Shown here: in pieces, positions 25,301 to 37,800 of the stretch | Position numbering within the stretch: position 1 is the stretch's first letter | Layout: each line of letters begins with the position of its first letter | Source: Torpedo marmorata | Taxonomy: Eukaryota | Assembly: GCA_977017645.1 (NCBI GenBank) | Contig: OZ360227.1 | Coordinates: 130,696,001-130,760,000, forward strand | DNA length: 64,000 bases | Reading direction: 5' to 3' | Position numbers and translations under genes: made by a program | The notes under the pieces: generated by a model | What the model was told of the DNA's origin: nothing | The model's database searches: none | What the model saw: the letters and a program-made list of their open reading frames with translations, nothing else

Positions 25301-26288
25301 CGCAATTTACTTTTATTATTATATTTTGACAAATTGGTGATTTGCCGTTCTTGGGTAGAAATGGAACTGAAGTTTTCCAAAAAATCATCTATGTTGGCAA
25401 TTTTAGGCTCCTTTTTGCCCTTTTCCTTTTCTAAATTGATAAATAATCCGATAATGAGAAATAGGTTGAGAATATGGGCTCAATTTAGAAATTTTTTTGG
25501 TTAACAGTTTTTCTCTTGCTAGCCCCATTATAGATAACCATCTTTTTCAGATGTAGGTTTCAAGGAATGGTACAGATTAGGTATCAAAAATTATAAAGAT
25601 CATTTTATTCGATATATCTTTGCTTCATTTGAACAATTATCAACTAAATTTAATCTTTCTAAAAGACATTTTTTTAGATATTTACAAAAACAAGTTAGGC
25701 ATTTTGTTCAGTTTAAACTTTTGGATTTTCCTCGAATCTCAAATACAAATATTCTTGATCTATTCTTTAACTTACAGTTTGTTCATGGTGGATTAGTATC
25801 ATGTATTTACAGCGAGCTGTTGAATTTAAGATCAGTTTCAATGGCTGGCATTAAGAATGATTGGGAACAAGATTTGAATATAACTTTTTCAGATGAATAT
25901 TGGCATTCTACTCTTAGTTTGATCAATGATTCCTCATTCTGTGCAAGGCATTGTTTATTACAATTTAAGGTGGTACATAGAGTACATATGTCCAAACTCA
26001 AATTATCTTGTTTCTATGCAGATATTGACCAACTATGTGAGAAGTGTAAAATTTTTGAAGCTTCATTGATTCATATGTTTTGGGAATGTCCTAATTTAGG
26101 AAGATTCTGGGGAAATATTTTTCAAATTTTATCAATGATTTTTAAGATCAAATTACAACCATGCCCATTAATTGCTTTGTTTGGTTTTTCCCAAGCACCG
26201 GATATACTCTTATCTGCAACTCAGGAGAAAGTTTTAGCTTTTACCATGTTGATAGCCAGACGAGCAATTTTATTGAAATGGAAAGAAG
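19400..26288 (+). mobile_element. Degenerate L1-clade LINE ORF2 (family B), split by an antisense L1
   Basis: EN motifs (SWNIK, NVYAPN, SRIDYFL), RT motifs (KSPGPDGF, GTRQGCP, LYADD) and a C-terminal CxxC..H..C; many stops and frameshifts. Confidence 0.9.
20144..23323 (-). mobile_element. 5'-truncated L1 LINE (family A) inserted into L1 family B
   Basis: 15-bp TSD AATCATGTGATTATC at 20129-20143 and 23324-23338; LDAEKAFD, TRQGCPLSP, LFADD; G-rich 3' UTR. Confidence 0.95.
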
Positions 26289-26289
26289 A

Positions 26290-27070
26290 TTTGGGGCCCT
26301 GGACCGTGGTGAGGGGGAGGTGTGGGCACAGGTGTTGCACCTCCTGCGGGTACAGGGGAAGGTGCCGGGGGTGCGATGGGTTGCACGGTCCGGGGTCCAC
26401 GGTCCGGAGCCCCAAACAGGCCTTTCAAGTGAAGCTACACTTCACTTGTACATCCAGAGAACTTATTTACTGCATCCGGTACTCCCATTGTGGCTTTCTC
26501 GACATCGGAGAGACCGGTCGTAGATTGGGAGATCGCTTTGCTGAGTACCTCCTCTCCGTCCCCAACAACAGCGACCTCCCAGTAGCCAGCCATTTCAATT
26601 CCGAGTCACACTCCCACACTCACATGTCTGTCCATGGCCTTATGTACTATCCCACCCAGACTACCCGCAAATTGGAGGAACAACATCTCATTTTCCGTCT
26701 AGGCACTCTCCTGCCAAATGGCATTAACATTGACTTTTCTGCTTTCCACTAAACCTGCTTGTCTTTTCCTTCCCCTCCCCCCTCACCTGTCCTTCCTGTT
26801 TTTGTCCACCCCCTCTTTGCTACTGTCCCCTCCCTCCTTTCTCCACCTATCATCTCCTGCCTTTGCCACCCCCCCCTTCCCCCCCTCACTCCTTTGTTCG
26901 GACGCCTGCCGGCATTTTCTCATACTTTGATGAAGGGCTCAAGCCCGAAACGTCGGTTATGTATTTCTACCTTTGCTACATAAAGGACACTGTTTGACCT
27001 GCTGAATTTCTCCAGCATTTGTGTTTTTTACTTCAACCACGGTGTCTACAGATTTTCGTGTTTTACTTTT
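26290..27070 (+). mobile_element. Penelope-like 3' fragment: inverted 5' piece, GIY-YIG endonuclease, 3' UTR with hammerhead-like motif
   Basis: FTCTSRELIYCIRYSHCGFLDIGETGRRLGDRFAE..PVASHFN..RKLEEQHLIFRLGTLLPNGIN; 26290-26309 is an inverted copy of 26397-26415. Confidence 0.9.
26920..26965 (+). ncRNA. Degenerate minimal hammerhead-ribozyme-like motif of the Penelope element
   Basis: TTGATGA-A-GGGC-TCAA-GCCC-GAAAC-GTCG-GTT: core boxes and a perfect stem II; the first core C is replaced by T and stem I is weak. Confidence 0.45.
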
Positions 27071-27600
27071 ATATCCCATTGAAGTCTCTCTGCACCCTCC
27101 TCACAGCCCACATTGCTACCAAGCTTTGTTATCATCAGCAAATTTGGATACATCCCAACAGGTCTCATCATCCAAATCACAGATAGATTGCACTGAATCC
27201 TAGCACTTCACTGGCCACAGACTGCCAAACCTAAAATTAAAAAGTTTATTCTTACTCTGTTTTTGGTCCATAAATGAATTCCCCATCCCTGACTGTACAT
27301 TATCCCCAAAACCATGAACAACTTCTCATTCACTGTTGTTCTTTTCTATTTCCGCATAGTTTTCTGTTTATTTCTCTGATTTTGTTTTGGGGGGGAGGGG
27401 TGAAAGACAGAAATATGTTTCATTTCTCTGCTATTTCCTTTTTCCAAGAAAAATACTCCTGTATTAATATGCAAGGATCCCACATTAACATTTGCTGAGC
27501 TTTCTCTGTTTACATATCTATAGAAGCATTTGGAGTCCAAGTAATGTTTCCCATTAGACTACTCTCTTTCACTATAAATTTCTTGGTTCTCCTTGTTGAA
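27070..27600 (-). mobile_element. Old CR1 fragments
   Basis: TTGTTATCATCAGCAAATTT (antisense KFADD); minus-strand DSKCFYRYVNRE..NVG. Confidence 0.55.
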
Positions 27601-28617
27601 ATCTGATCATGCTCAGAATTACTACTTTTATTGGTGGTATTATAAAACGTACCTACATCAGACACACAAAGGATCTATTCAAAGCTTAATCCTGGCTTGA
27701 GATCACCAGAAAATGCTAAAAGATATTCTCAATGTCAATCATGCTCACAATTCAAAGAATGGATAAATAAAGAAAAAATCTGATGAGTAAAACAATATAA
27801 ATTGGCATTCATTCTTTACTTTCACATTTAATGGCACAAGAATAACCAATGGAGAAAAAAGAAAGTCCAGAGTGTGAAAACAGAAGGATACTATTCAGAC
27901 TAAAGCTAAGGAATGTAGTTTGGAGTACACAGTGGAATATTTGCTGAGTTCTGGCCCATGTTATACTTCAATTTTTTTCCTGCAAGCAATAGATAAGAAA
28001 AGTGGAACAGGCACGTAATATAACATTTCTAACATGTTATATTAATGTTTAGTTCCCATGCACATACTGCAAAGTCTTCCATTTTGAAGATGGGGTGCAA
28101 TGGTGTGGTTACACTGTGCTGCCAGAGGTGCTGCAGCAACACCAATGGCAGAAGGTTGCATTACACTTAATTATATTTACGTTGGCCAATTACTTGTTTA
28201 TGTGGACATCAGAATGTAAAATGGAAACAAAAAAAAATAGATGTATGACTTCAAAATGAGTCCTGTTACTTAGTAAACAGTGATCAAATTACAAATCCTC
28301 TAAATCTGCTTCACTCAAACATTATATTTGCTCCCATCTCTCAATGTGCAATATCATTGGTTTTTAACAAATACAAATCTTCCACAATATATTGCAATGT
28401 TTTATGTATGCATTTTAATAAAGTTTCCCCCCCAAGAAGAAATGACCAAACTCTTTCTGAACTATTACAAACATATTTATTTTGTATGAAAAGAATAATT
28501 TTAAATGTTTTAGTTTTACTATTTAGTATCTATGTTGCTACATCAAATTTATTCAATGCAGGCTCCATGTTCCTAGTGAGCAAAAATTACTCTTCAGTCA
28601 ATTTATAACTACCGTAT

Positions 28618-28638
28618 TCTCTCTCTCTCTCTCTCTCT
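28618..28638. repeat. (TC)n microsatellite
   Basis: About 10 TC units seen directly. Confidence 0.9.
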
Positions 28639-29664
28639 ATTTTTCACTAGTTACTAATATTTATTTTACACAACTGAAATCAGTGATGTATGCAGATAAA
28701 GAGTTTTCAAAAGCCAACAAGGAGTCACAGCGTCTGAGAATGATTCTCCTGATAAAGAATAGGGTGTCTGTCTAACATCTTAGCACCAGGCCTTTACTCT
28801 ACGACAGTTCTTAGTTTCTCTGGATCAAGCATCAGCCTTCAGTCACCTGCTACACAAGGAAGTTCTGATTATTTCACTGTTTATACTATTTTTCACTATC
28901 TATATTTTATACTAACTGTCATGAATACAGTGTTGCACAGGTAAAATAGAGATTCAAAATGTGTCTTATAAACATGGCTTTTTAATGTAATTTTCGTTCA
29001 CATATAAAATTACGCAAACATTTAGAAATGTAAAACCTGTGGAAAGAGAATATAGTTGTGTTTTGAACTACAATCCTCAGCAGGCATTTCTATTAGTGAA
29101 ATGGAAAAACTTAAGCAATTTTACACAGCATAAAAACTGCTCTCCAAATTATCTGATAATGTACGCCACCCAGTTTCAAAGGCTGCATCATTATCTGCTT
29201 CATTAGATAAACTCTTCTATTTTTTTTTAAACTGATATGCTCAAGGAGATTTTGACTTTTAAAAAATGACAATGTGTTGTGTAAGTTAAGGATTGGGATC
29301 TGTTTTTTGCAATTAAAAAAAACTAATGAGTCAAATAATGCCAGGATCTAAAGTACCACTATGTGAGGCGACGAATAAGGCTTAAATGGTGTTTGTGAGT
29401 CTTGTGAGTTGATATAGTTAATACAGCCTGGTAATATATGTACCGTGGCTATCTGGGCTGCTCACCAAATGTGCAATTTTGTTCCTAGCACCTGTGTAGT
29501 GAGCGATTATATTATTAATTTCTGTATCAACATTTGGGAGAAATATGAGCAATAACCAGAGACAATTTATCTACTTTTTAAGTTTATGATTCATGTTTTG
29601 CTTATCATCCTCAGTTTTTTCCTTTTGTGGTTTGCTTCAGAGGTTATTTAAATATGTTTTTTTC

Positions 29665-29865
29665 TAAATTTAGAGATACGGCATAGTAAATGGCCCTTCT
29701 GGCCCACGAGCCCGTGCCACCCAAAAACACCAAATTAACCTACAAACCCCGTATGTCTTTGGGAGGTAGGAGGAAACCAGAGCAACTGGAGGAAACATGG
29801 GGAGAACATACAAACTCCTTACAGACAGTGCTGGTCGACAGGTCGCTGGCGCTGTTCTAGCCTAC
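29665..29865 (-). mobile_element. HE1-like V-SINE fragment
   Basis: GGAGGAAACCAGAGCAACTGGAGGAAAC..GGGGAGAACATACAAACTCCTTACAGAC resembles the antisense V-domain; CR1-like tail segment GGCCCTTCTGGCCCAC. Confidence 0.65.
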
Positions 29866-30199
29866 TATCTTGAAAATACTTGCTGTCATTGAAAATAATA
29901 TTAATGGTGCCATTTTTTGTATCAGCCTTCTCCACAGACAAATTTCCAATTTGTAATATTACATAGACATCTCATGATAAAGCCTACCAAAAATAAAAGC
30001 CATGATTGCAAAAAACATATGGTCATAAAGCCTCGATCTATCAAAAATATAGTTTACTTATCTCATTTTTAAAAACTAATAGCATTATGCTTTTTATAAA
30101 TTCATCATCACAAAATTAATGCAGTGAAAGAGTCTGTTCAATTCATTACATTCATGTTAAATCTCTACCAGAACAACTCTTGAGCTTCATTCATCAGCT

Positions 30200-30720
30200 C
30201 TTTTTCCATATCCTTGCAATGTTTTGCCCACCGTATATTGCTCCCATCCCTTCTTGAAGGCCACAATGGAATCTGCCTCCATCATATCTGCAGGCAGTAT
30301 ATTCCAGATTCCAAACACATGCTGTATGAAAATGCTTTTACTCATGTCACTATTAATTTACTTCCACTTTATTTTATACTTGTGATCTCTAGTTATCAAA
30401 TTCTCTACCAAAGGAAACATTCTCCCTCTGCCTATTCTATCCAGACCCCACATTACTTTATATACTTCTATCAAATCTTCCCTTATCAAAAGAAAACAAC
30501 CCATGTTCTTCAATCCATCACTGCAAGTGCAATCCCTGGTCCCAGGAAGCATTTTCAGATTTTTTTTGTCTCTAATGCCTTCCTATCCTTCCTCTATTGT
30601 GATCAGAATTGAACACGATATTCCAATAGAGGCCAAACCAGTTATTTATAAAAACTCATCATAAATTCCCTGCATTTACATATTCCCTTCATTGTATCGC
30701 TTATTAAACATAGGATGTCT
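30200..30720 (-). mobile_element. Old CR1 3' fragment
   Basis: Minus-strand IREDLIEVYKVMWGLDRI..MFPLVENLITRDHKYKI. Confidence 0.75.
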
Positions 30721-31675
30721 AAACCCAATTTCAGAGTGGCCTCTGGCTTCTCTGCTTGGGTGATGGGGGGTTGGAGGGGAAACAATTGCCTAGGGATACT
30801 CATCTTCTGTGCATAATAGGGTACAAGCCCCAAAACAATCACTCACAACAGGAGAATAAAACAAAGGCTTTTATACCATTTGGATAATTTGTGCATGTAT
30901 AAGAATCTCTTTCTCCTTAAATCCTATGAAATGAAGAAAGGCAAGGCATTTTTGTGTTACATTTACAGAAGGTTTTTCACATCACATTGAAGTCAAAATA
31001 GCAGCAAATGTGGCACAAACTTTCTTACATGCAATAATTGATCCTTTACCACATCTAATTTTGCACTTTACCTCATGAGACAGTGGTGGATTGTCATTGT
31101 GGTTGTCTCCAGTTGACAAAGGTAATCCTAAATTCACTGAGAGCAAGTTTATTGGGCTGATGAAAACTCCCCATCAAATATGCAATTAATTCTTGGGTAC
31201 AATTAAAAGAAAATAAAACTAAAGCAATATATGAACCATTTGAAGAGATAAAATGTGAGTTATTGTTTTAAGGAAACGTGCTACATATAATTTAGGTCAA
31301 CTCATATACAGTGCCCTCCATAATGTTTGGGACAGACATTTTTTTCTTTTATTTGCCCCTTTGCTCCACAGTTTTGCATTTGTAATCAAACAATTCACAT
31401 GTGATTAAAGTGCACATTCCAGATTTTATTCAATGTTATTTGTATACATTTTAGTTTGACCATGTAGAAATTACAGCACTTTTTAATACATAGTCCCCTC
31501 ATTTCAGGGCACCATAATATTTGGGACATAGCAATGGTATGTATATTAAAGTAGTTGTAGCCGACTGCTACGAAGAAACACACACACACGCAGTGTGGAA
31601 GGTTAAGCTCTCTGCTTTATTGAGGCTGGAAATGCTTCTTTTATACAGTTGGAGTTCCCGCCATTTGGTTGATTG

Positions 31676-33862
31676 TTTTTTAAAAAATATTTTATTTAAT
31701 TTTTTTAATCACATGATAATACATATTTATAAAATACAGTTATCAAAATACATGTGATATATTTTCACCCTCCCCTCCCTCCCTTCCCCATCCCTATCCC
31801 ACCCACCCCTACTACTCTAATAAAATAGAAAGAAAGGAAAAAAATATAGAATATGGAGAATGTTAATCTAAAAAAAACTATACATTAATTTTATTGTGGA
31901 ACACAGGTTCGCCAGTCAGACCTGATATCAAGAGATCTTCAAATCTTTAAACCTACAGATTTATATATGGGTTCCATACCGTCAAAAAGAAATTATATTT
32001 ATTACGTAAATTATAAGTAATTTTTTGAAGAGGTATGCATGAACGAAGTTCTGCATGCCATCTTTCTAACCCTAAATCTACATCAGATTTCCATGTAATA
32101 GCAATGCATTTCTTTGAAATAGCTAAAGCAATTCACAAAAATTCTATTTGGTACATATTTAATCTCATTTTAATACTAATTCTTTTAATATCTCCAAACA
32201 AAAATATCATAGGATTCATTGGGAGTGTAATTCTTAATACTTTGTCTAAAAACTTTTTAACTTTCAACCAAAAAGCATGTATCTTTGGACAAAGCCACGT
32301 AGAATGTACAAAAGAACCTTCTTCTCTATTACATCTGAAACATAAATCTGATAATCTCAAATTAAATTTCTTTAGTTTCTTAGGCGTTAAATATAATTGA
32401 TGCAAAAAATTATATTGCACCAACCTATATCTAACATTAATAATTTTAGTCATACTTTGTTTACATATTTCTTTCCAATGTTCCTTATCTATTGTTACAT
32501 TCAAATGTGATTCCCATTTTAATCTTGATTTATGAATTCCTGGTGGAGGCATTTTTTTCTGTAACAATCTATACATTTGAGAAATATATTTATTTATACC
32601 CCCATTAGTAACTAGTAGCTCCAATTCACTTTGTCTTGGTAAGATTAAACTATGACCCAACTTTTCAAATAAAAATGCTCTTATTTGATAATAAGCAAAG
32701 AGTGTATTATTTAATACATTAAACTTCTCTTTCATTATTTGAAAAGTGATAAATTTACCAGCTTCAAAACAATCATTTACTTTTTTAATCCCTTTTTGAA
32801 ACCAAATTTTAAACAATTGATTATCCATAGTAAATGGGATAAGTTTATTTTGATATAAAAGCATTTTACAAGAAATTAACCTTTTCCCTCCTATCTCCCT
32901 GTCCACTTTATTCCATATTTCTAACAAGTGCTTTAAAATAGGAGAGTTTTTACCTCTTCTTAATAGTAATTTAGAATTCCATTTATAAATAACTTCTTCT
33001 TTCGAATCCTCTCCTATATTATCTAGTTCTATTCTGATTCAAGCAGAAGATTTTCCTAAATCAAACATTTCATTAATAAATTTTAATTGAGCTGCCTTAT
33101 AATAATTTTGAAAATTAGGAAGTTGTAAACCTCCATTTCATAATTCTGTTAATTTCTCCATACCTACTCTAGCTAACTTTCCCTTCCACAAAAATGTCCT
33201 AATAATTAAATTTAAATCCTTAAAATTTTTTTGAGGAATTTCATAAGGAATTGATTGAAAAAGATATTGAATTCTTGGAAAGACATTCATTTTAATACAA
33301 TTTACCCTTCCTATTAAAGTTATAGGTAAATCTTTCCAACTCTCTAAATCTTTTTTAATATTAGTAAATAATGGTAAGTAATTTGATTTATATAAATTAC
33401 CTAATTTCGTATCTATTTTTATTCCCAAATATTTAATTCCATTATTTGACCATTTAAATCGAGTAATTTATTTACATTTATTATAATCTCCTTGTGTCAA
33501 TGCCATAATTACACTTTTATCAGAATTAATCTTATAACCAGATATTTCCCCATATTCTCTCAATAAAACAGTCAGTTTCATTAACGAATCAATAGGTTTT
33601 GTCATGTAAATCAATACATCATCTGCAAATAAACTAATTTTATGTTCTTCTTTTCCAACTTTAATACCTACAATCTTAATATCTTGTCTAATTAATTCTA
33701 CTAAAGGTTCTATTGCTAAAATAAACAATGCTGGCGAGAAAAGGCATCCTTGTCTAGTTGACCTAGTCAACAAAAACTTTGAAGAAATTTGTCCATTTGT
33801 CACCACTGTGGCAGAGGGTTCTTTATATATAGTTTTAATCCAATTAATAAATGTATTTCCAG
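31676..33862 (-). mobile_element. 5'-truncated L1 (family A) inserted in the Gypsy-1 3' LTR
   Basis: 12-bp TSD TTTGGTTGATTG at 31664-31675 and 33863-33874; RT C-terminal half and CFRC..H..C. Confidence 0.95.
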
Positions 33863-34811
33863 TTTGGTTGATTGGTTGACATCAGCTGCATGAATAACAA
33901 TAGCGGGCGGGAACATTTTTGCATATGAATACCCTTCTTCCCCAGCCTGGTATTGATCTGTTAGCTGGGCAGCTTGGCCAGCGCCATTTTAGGGCTGCTG
34001 GTCTTGTACTGCTCCAGCTTTCAACCGCACCGGTTCGCTATGCTAAGGGTCGCGTTACAGTGTGTTATGCCACTGTTTACTACCGCTCGATCTCCGCGGT
34101 GGCGGGCCGCCACATGACCCCCCCCCCCAGAACCGGCGCTACAGTTCATAGTGTCCGTGGATGCAGTCCCCAATATCTTTGGTGGTCTGCCTCTGCCCCG
34201 AGGTGCTGGTGTCTCCACGGGTTGTGTCGGGTCCGAGTGTGCCGGCTTGAGCCTGTCTGCGGTGAAGACCTCTGGTTTGCCACCGATGTCCAGTTCGAAG
34301 GTGGCCCCGTTGTTCCGGACGACTCGGAAGGGGCCTTCGTGGGGCTTCTGGAGTGGTGGATGTGATATACCTATCAATGACAGACGCGAGTCTAGAAGTG
34401 CAGGAATTAATAGGCTTTTATTACCAGAATCAAAGCCAGGGCTAAGCTACACCTTGACCTGGTGATCCCTGCTGGATTGTCCCGGAACTGGGGGAGGAGT
34501 TGCTGGCTCAAGGCCTTTATTCCATGTAAAGGGGGAGGAGTCACCGGGACAGACAGACAGGTCATGGTCATACCTGCCTCAGGCCACAATACATACTAAA
34601 AGTGGTTTACCACATTCACCCCTTCTTTTAGAACAAGTCCGACGGGGGGGGTGAAGTGGATACCATAGTCTTAACGGGAGAGGAGAAGAAAATACAAATA
34701 CCCATAGATTATATACATAGTCTAATATACCAACACCCATAGATTATACATAGTCTTTACAAATTGAGTCTAAGAAAAAAAATACAAATACCCATAGATT
34801 ATACATAGTCT

Positions 34812-37800
34812 TTACAAATCGAGTTTCACCGGCGGCCGGATTTGCCGCCGTGACCTGCGTAGCGCCAGCGGTGATGGTAGTGGTTGTGGAATGAGGGTAC
34901 GTGATGCCTGCGGAGACGGTTGTGGTTGTGGAACGGGAGTAGGTGTAGTAGGGTGGATCTGGGTCTGGTTTGCCTCCTGCCTGGCTAGTGGCCTGTCCAG
35001 CTGTGACGGGGGCGTTGTACCCGCCGTGCTGGGAGGCGGATGGGCCGGAGGGGGCAGCTGCGACCCGGCGTTCCCGCTGTCGGGGACCTCTTCTGACGCT
35101 CCTGCAGGAGCCAGGTCCCGTATGGACACCGTGTCTTCCCGTCCGTCAGGGAAAACAACGAATGCATACTGCGGGTTCGCATGGATCAGCTGCACCCTCT
35201 CGACCAAGGGCTCGTACTTGCTACTCCGAAGATGTTTGCGGAGTAGCACCGGCCCCGGGGACGTCAGCCAGGCAGGGAGTGTAGTTCCGGTGGTCGATTT
35301 TCTGGGGAAGGAAAAGAGACGTTCGTGAGGGGTAGCGTTAGTGGCAGTACACAGAAGGGATCGTATGGAGTGGAGGGCGTCCGGGAGAACCTCCTGCCAG
35401 CGAGCCACTGGCCACCCTTTTGCTTTCATGGCCAGTAGTGTCGCTGTCCATACTGTGGCGTTCTCCCTCTCCACCTGTCCGTTCCCCCGTGGGTTGTACC
35501 CCGTGGTCCTACTGGTAGCGATGCCTCGGGTCTGCAAGTGCTGTCGCAGCTCCTCGCTCATGAACGCGGATCCCCGGTCGCTATGGACATAGCTGGGGAA
35601 CCCGAACATGGTGAATACCTGGTGGAGAGCCTTGATAGCCGACGCCGCCGAGGTATCTGGGCAGGGGATGGCGAAGGGGAACCGCGAGTACTCATCAATG
35701 ATGTTGAGGAAGTACACATTGCGGTTCGTGGAGGGGAGGGGGCCCTTGAAGTCTATACTGAGACGTTCGAACGGGCGGGTGGCCTTGACCAGCTGTGCTT
35801 TGTCGGGGCGGTAGTACTGCGGTTTGCATTCCGCACAGACTCGGCAGCTGCTGGTCATGGTCCTGACCTCATCCAGGGAGAAAGGCAGGTTCCGTGCTTT
35901 AATGAAGTGGAACAGCCTGTTAAATCCTGGGTGGCAGAGGTCATTATGTAGGGAGTATAACCGGTCGATCTGCGCGCTGGCGCACGATCCCCGGGATAGA
36001 GCGTCAGGGGGCTCGTTGAGCTTCCTGGGCCGGTACATGATGTCGTAATTATAGGTGGAGAGTTCTATTCTCCACCTCATGATTTTGTCATTCTTAATTT
36101 TACCCCGCTGCTGGCTGTTAAACATGAAAGCGACGGAGCGCTGGTCCGTCAGCAGGGTAAAATGTTTTCCGGCGAGATAGTGCCTCCAGTGCCGGACAGC
36201 CTCGACAATGGCCTGGGCCTCTTTCTCTACCGCGGAGTGCCGAATTTCGGGGCTTTGAAGGGTGCGGGAGAAAAACGCTACCGGTCTTCCCGCCTGGTTG
36301 AGGGTAGCAGCCAGTGCGAAGTCCGAGGCGTCACTCTCCACCTGAAAAGGTTCCGACTCGTCCACCGCGTGCATCGCTGCTCGGGCGATGTCCCCTTTTA
36401 TGAGGTCGAAGGCCTCACGTGCCTCCGCTGCCAGGGGAATCTTGGTGGATTTGACGAGGGGTCGGGCTTTGTCCGCGTAGTTTGGGACCCACTGTGCATA
36501 ATACGAAAAAAACCCGAGGCATCGTTTAAGTGCTTTGGGGGTAACGGGGATCGGAAGTTCCAACAGGGGGCGCATGCGGTCGGGGTCGGGTCCAATCACC
36601 CCGTTTTCCACGACGCACCCCAGGATAGCGAGTCGGGTAGTCCCGAACATGCATTTCTCCTTGTTATAGGTGAGGTTCAGCGTCTCGGCCGCCTGTAAGA
36701 ACTTCCGAAGGTTCCTATCGTGATCCTGGCGATCATGACCACAAATGGTGATGTCGTCCAGGTATGGGAAGGTGGCAGTGAGCTTGAACTGGTCAATGAT
36801 CCTGTCCATCTCCCTTTGGAACACGGATACCCCATTTGTTACCCCGAAGGGGACGCGCAGAAAATGAAATAATCTGCCGTCCGCCTCGAAAGCGGTGTAC
36901 ACTCGGTCCTCCCGGCGGATCGGGAGCTGATGGTAAGCCGACTTTAGGTCGATGGTGGAGAACACTTTATATTGAGCAATCTGGTTGACCATATCCGCGA
37001 TCTTTGGCAGCGGATAGGCGTCCAGTTGCGTGAACCGGTTGATGGTCTGGCTATAGTCCACCACCATCCGGCTCTTAGCCCCGTTCTTTACCACGACTAC
37101 CTGTGCTCTCCAGGGGCTATTACTGGGTGCAATGATCCCTTCCCCCAGTAAACGCTGCACCTCCGCCTTAATAAATGCCCTGTCCCCTGCACTGTATCGC
37201 CTACTTTTCGTTGCAATGGGCTTACAGTCAGGGGTCAGGTTGGCGAAGAGTGGCGGGGGTTGGGTCTTTAGCGTGGAGAGACCACAGGTAGTCTGGGGCG
37301 TGTTATTTAAGTATTGGGGGTTAGTCACTACGATCGGGGGGTGGGGCCCATCATAGTGCATGGTGACGCTACGCAGGTGGCTTTGGAAGTCCAATCCCAG
37401 CAATAAAGGAGCACACAGACGGGGCATGACCATCAACGAAAATTCCCGATATTCCGTGCCCTGTACCACTATATTCGCCACACAACCCCCCCGGATGTCT
37501 GTTGTGTGCGTTCCAGACGCCATGGCCACCCTCTGGCTTACCGGTACAACGGTGAGGCCACAGCGCTGGGCAGTGTCTGGATGTATGAAACTTTCGGTAC
37601 TGCCTGTGTCGAACAGGCAGGTGGTCTTATGCCCCTCAACGAGAATGTCCATCATTGATCTGGACAGTTGATGGGGCGCGCTCTGGTCCAGCGTCACGGA
37701 TGCCAGGGTCGAGACGAAGTCTTGGTCCGATGAGACGTCTTGATCCGGTGGCAGCTCCCTTTGCTCGCACGTGTCGCTACGAGATGGCGGCGCCGGAAGT

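Noticed and set aside
25721-26752. 343-aa ORF fusing the L1 C-terminal zinc knuckle to a GIY-YIG endonuclease
   Set aside because: Chance in-frame read-through from a dead L1 across an inverted Penelope 5' piece; no ATG start, and the GIY-YIG motifs are degenerate.
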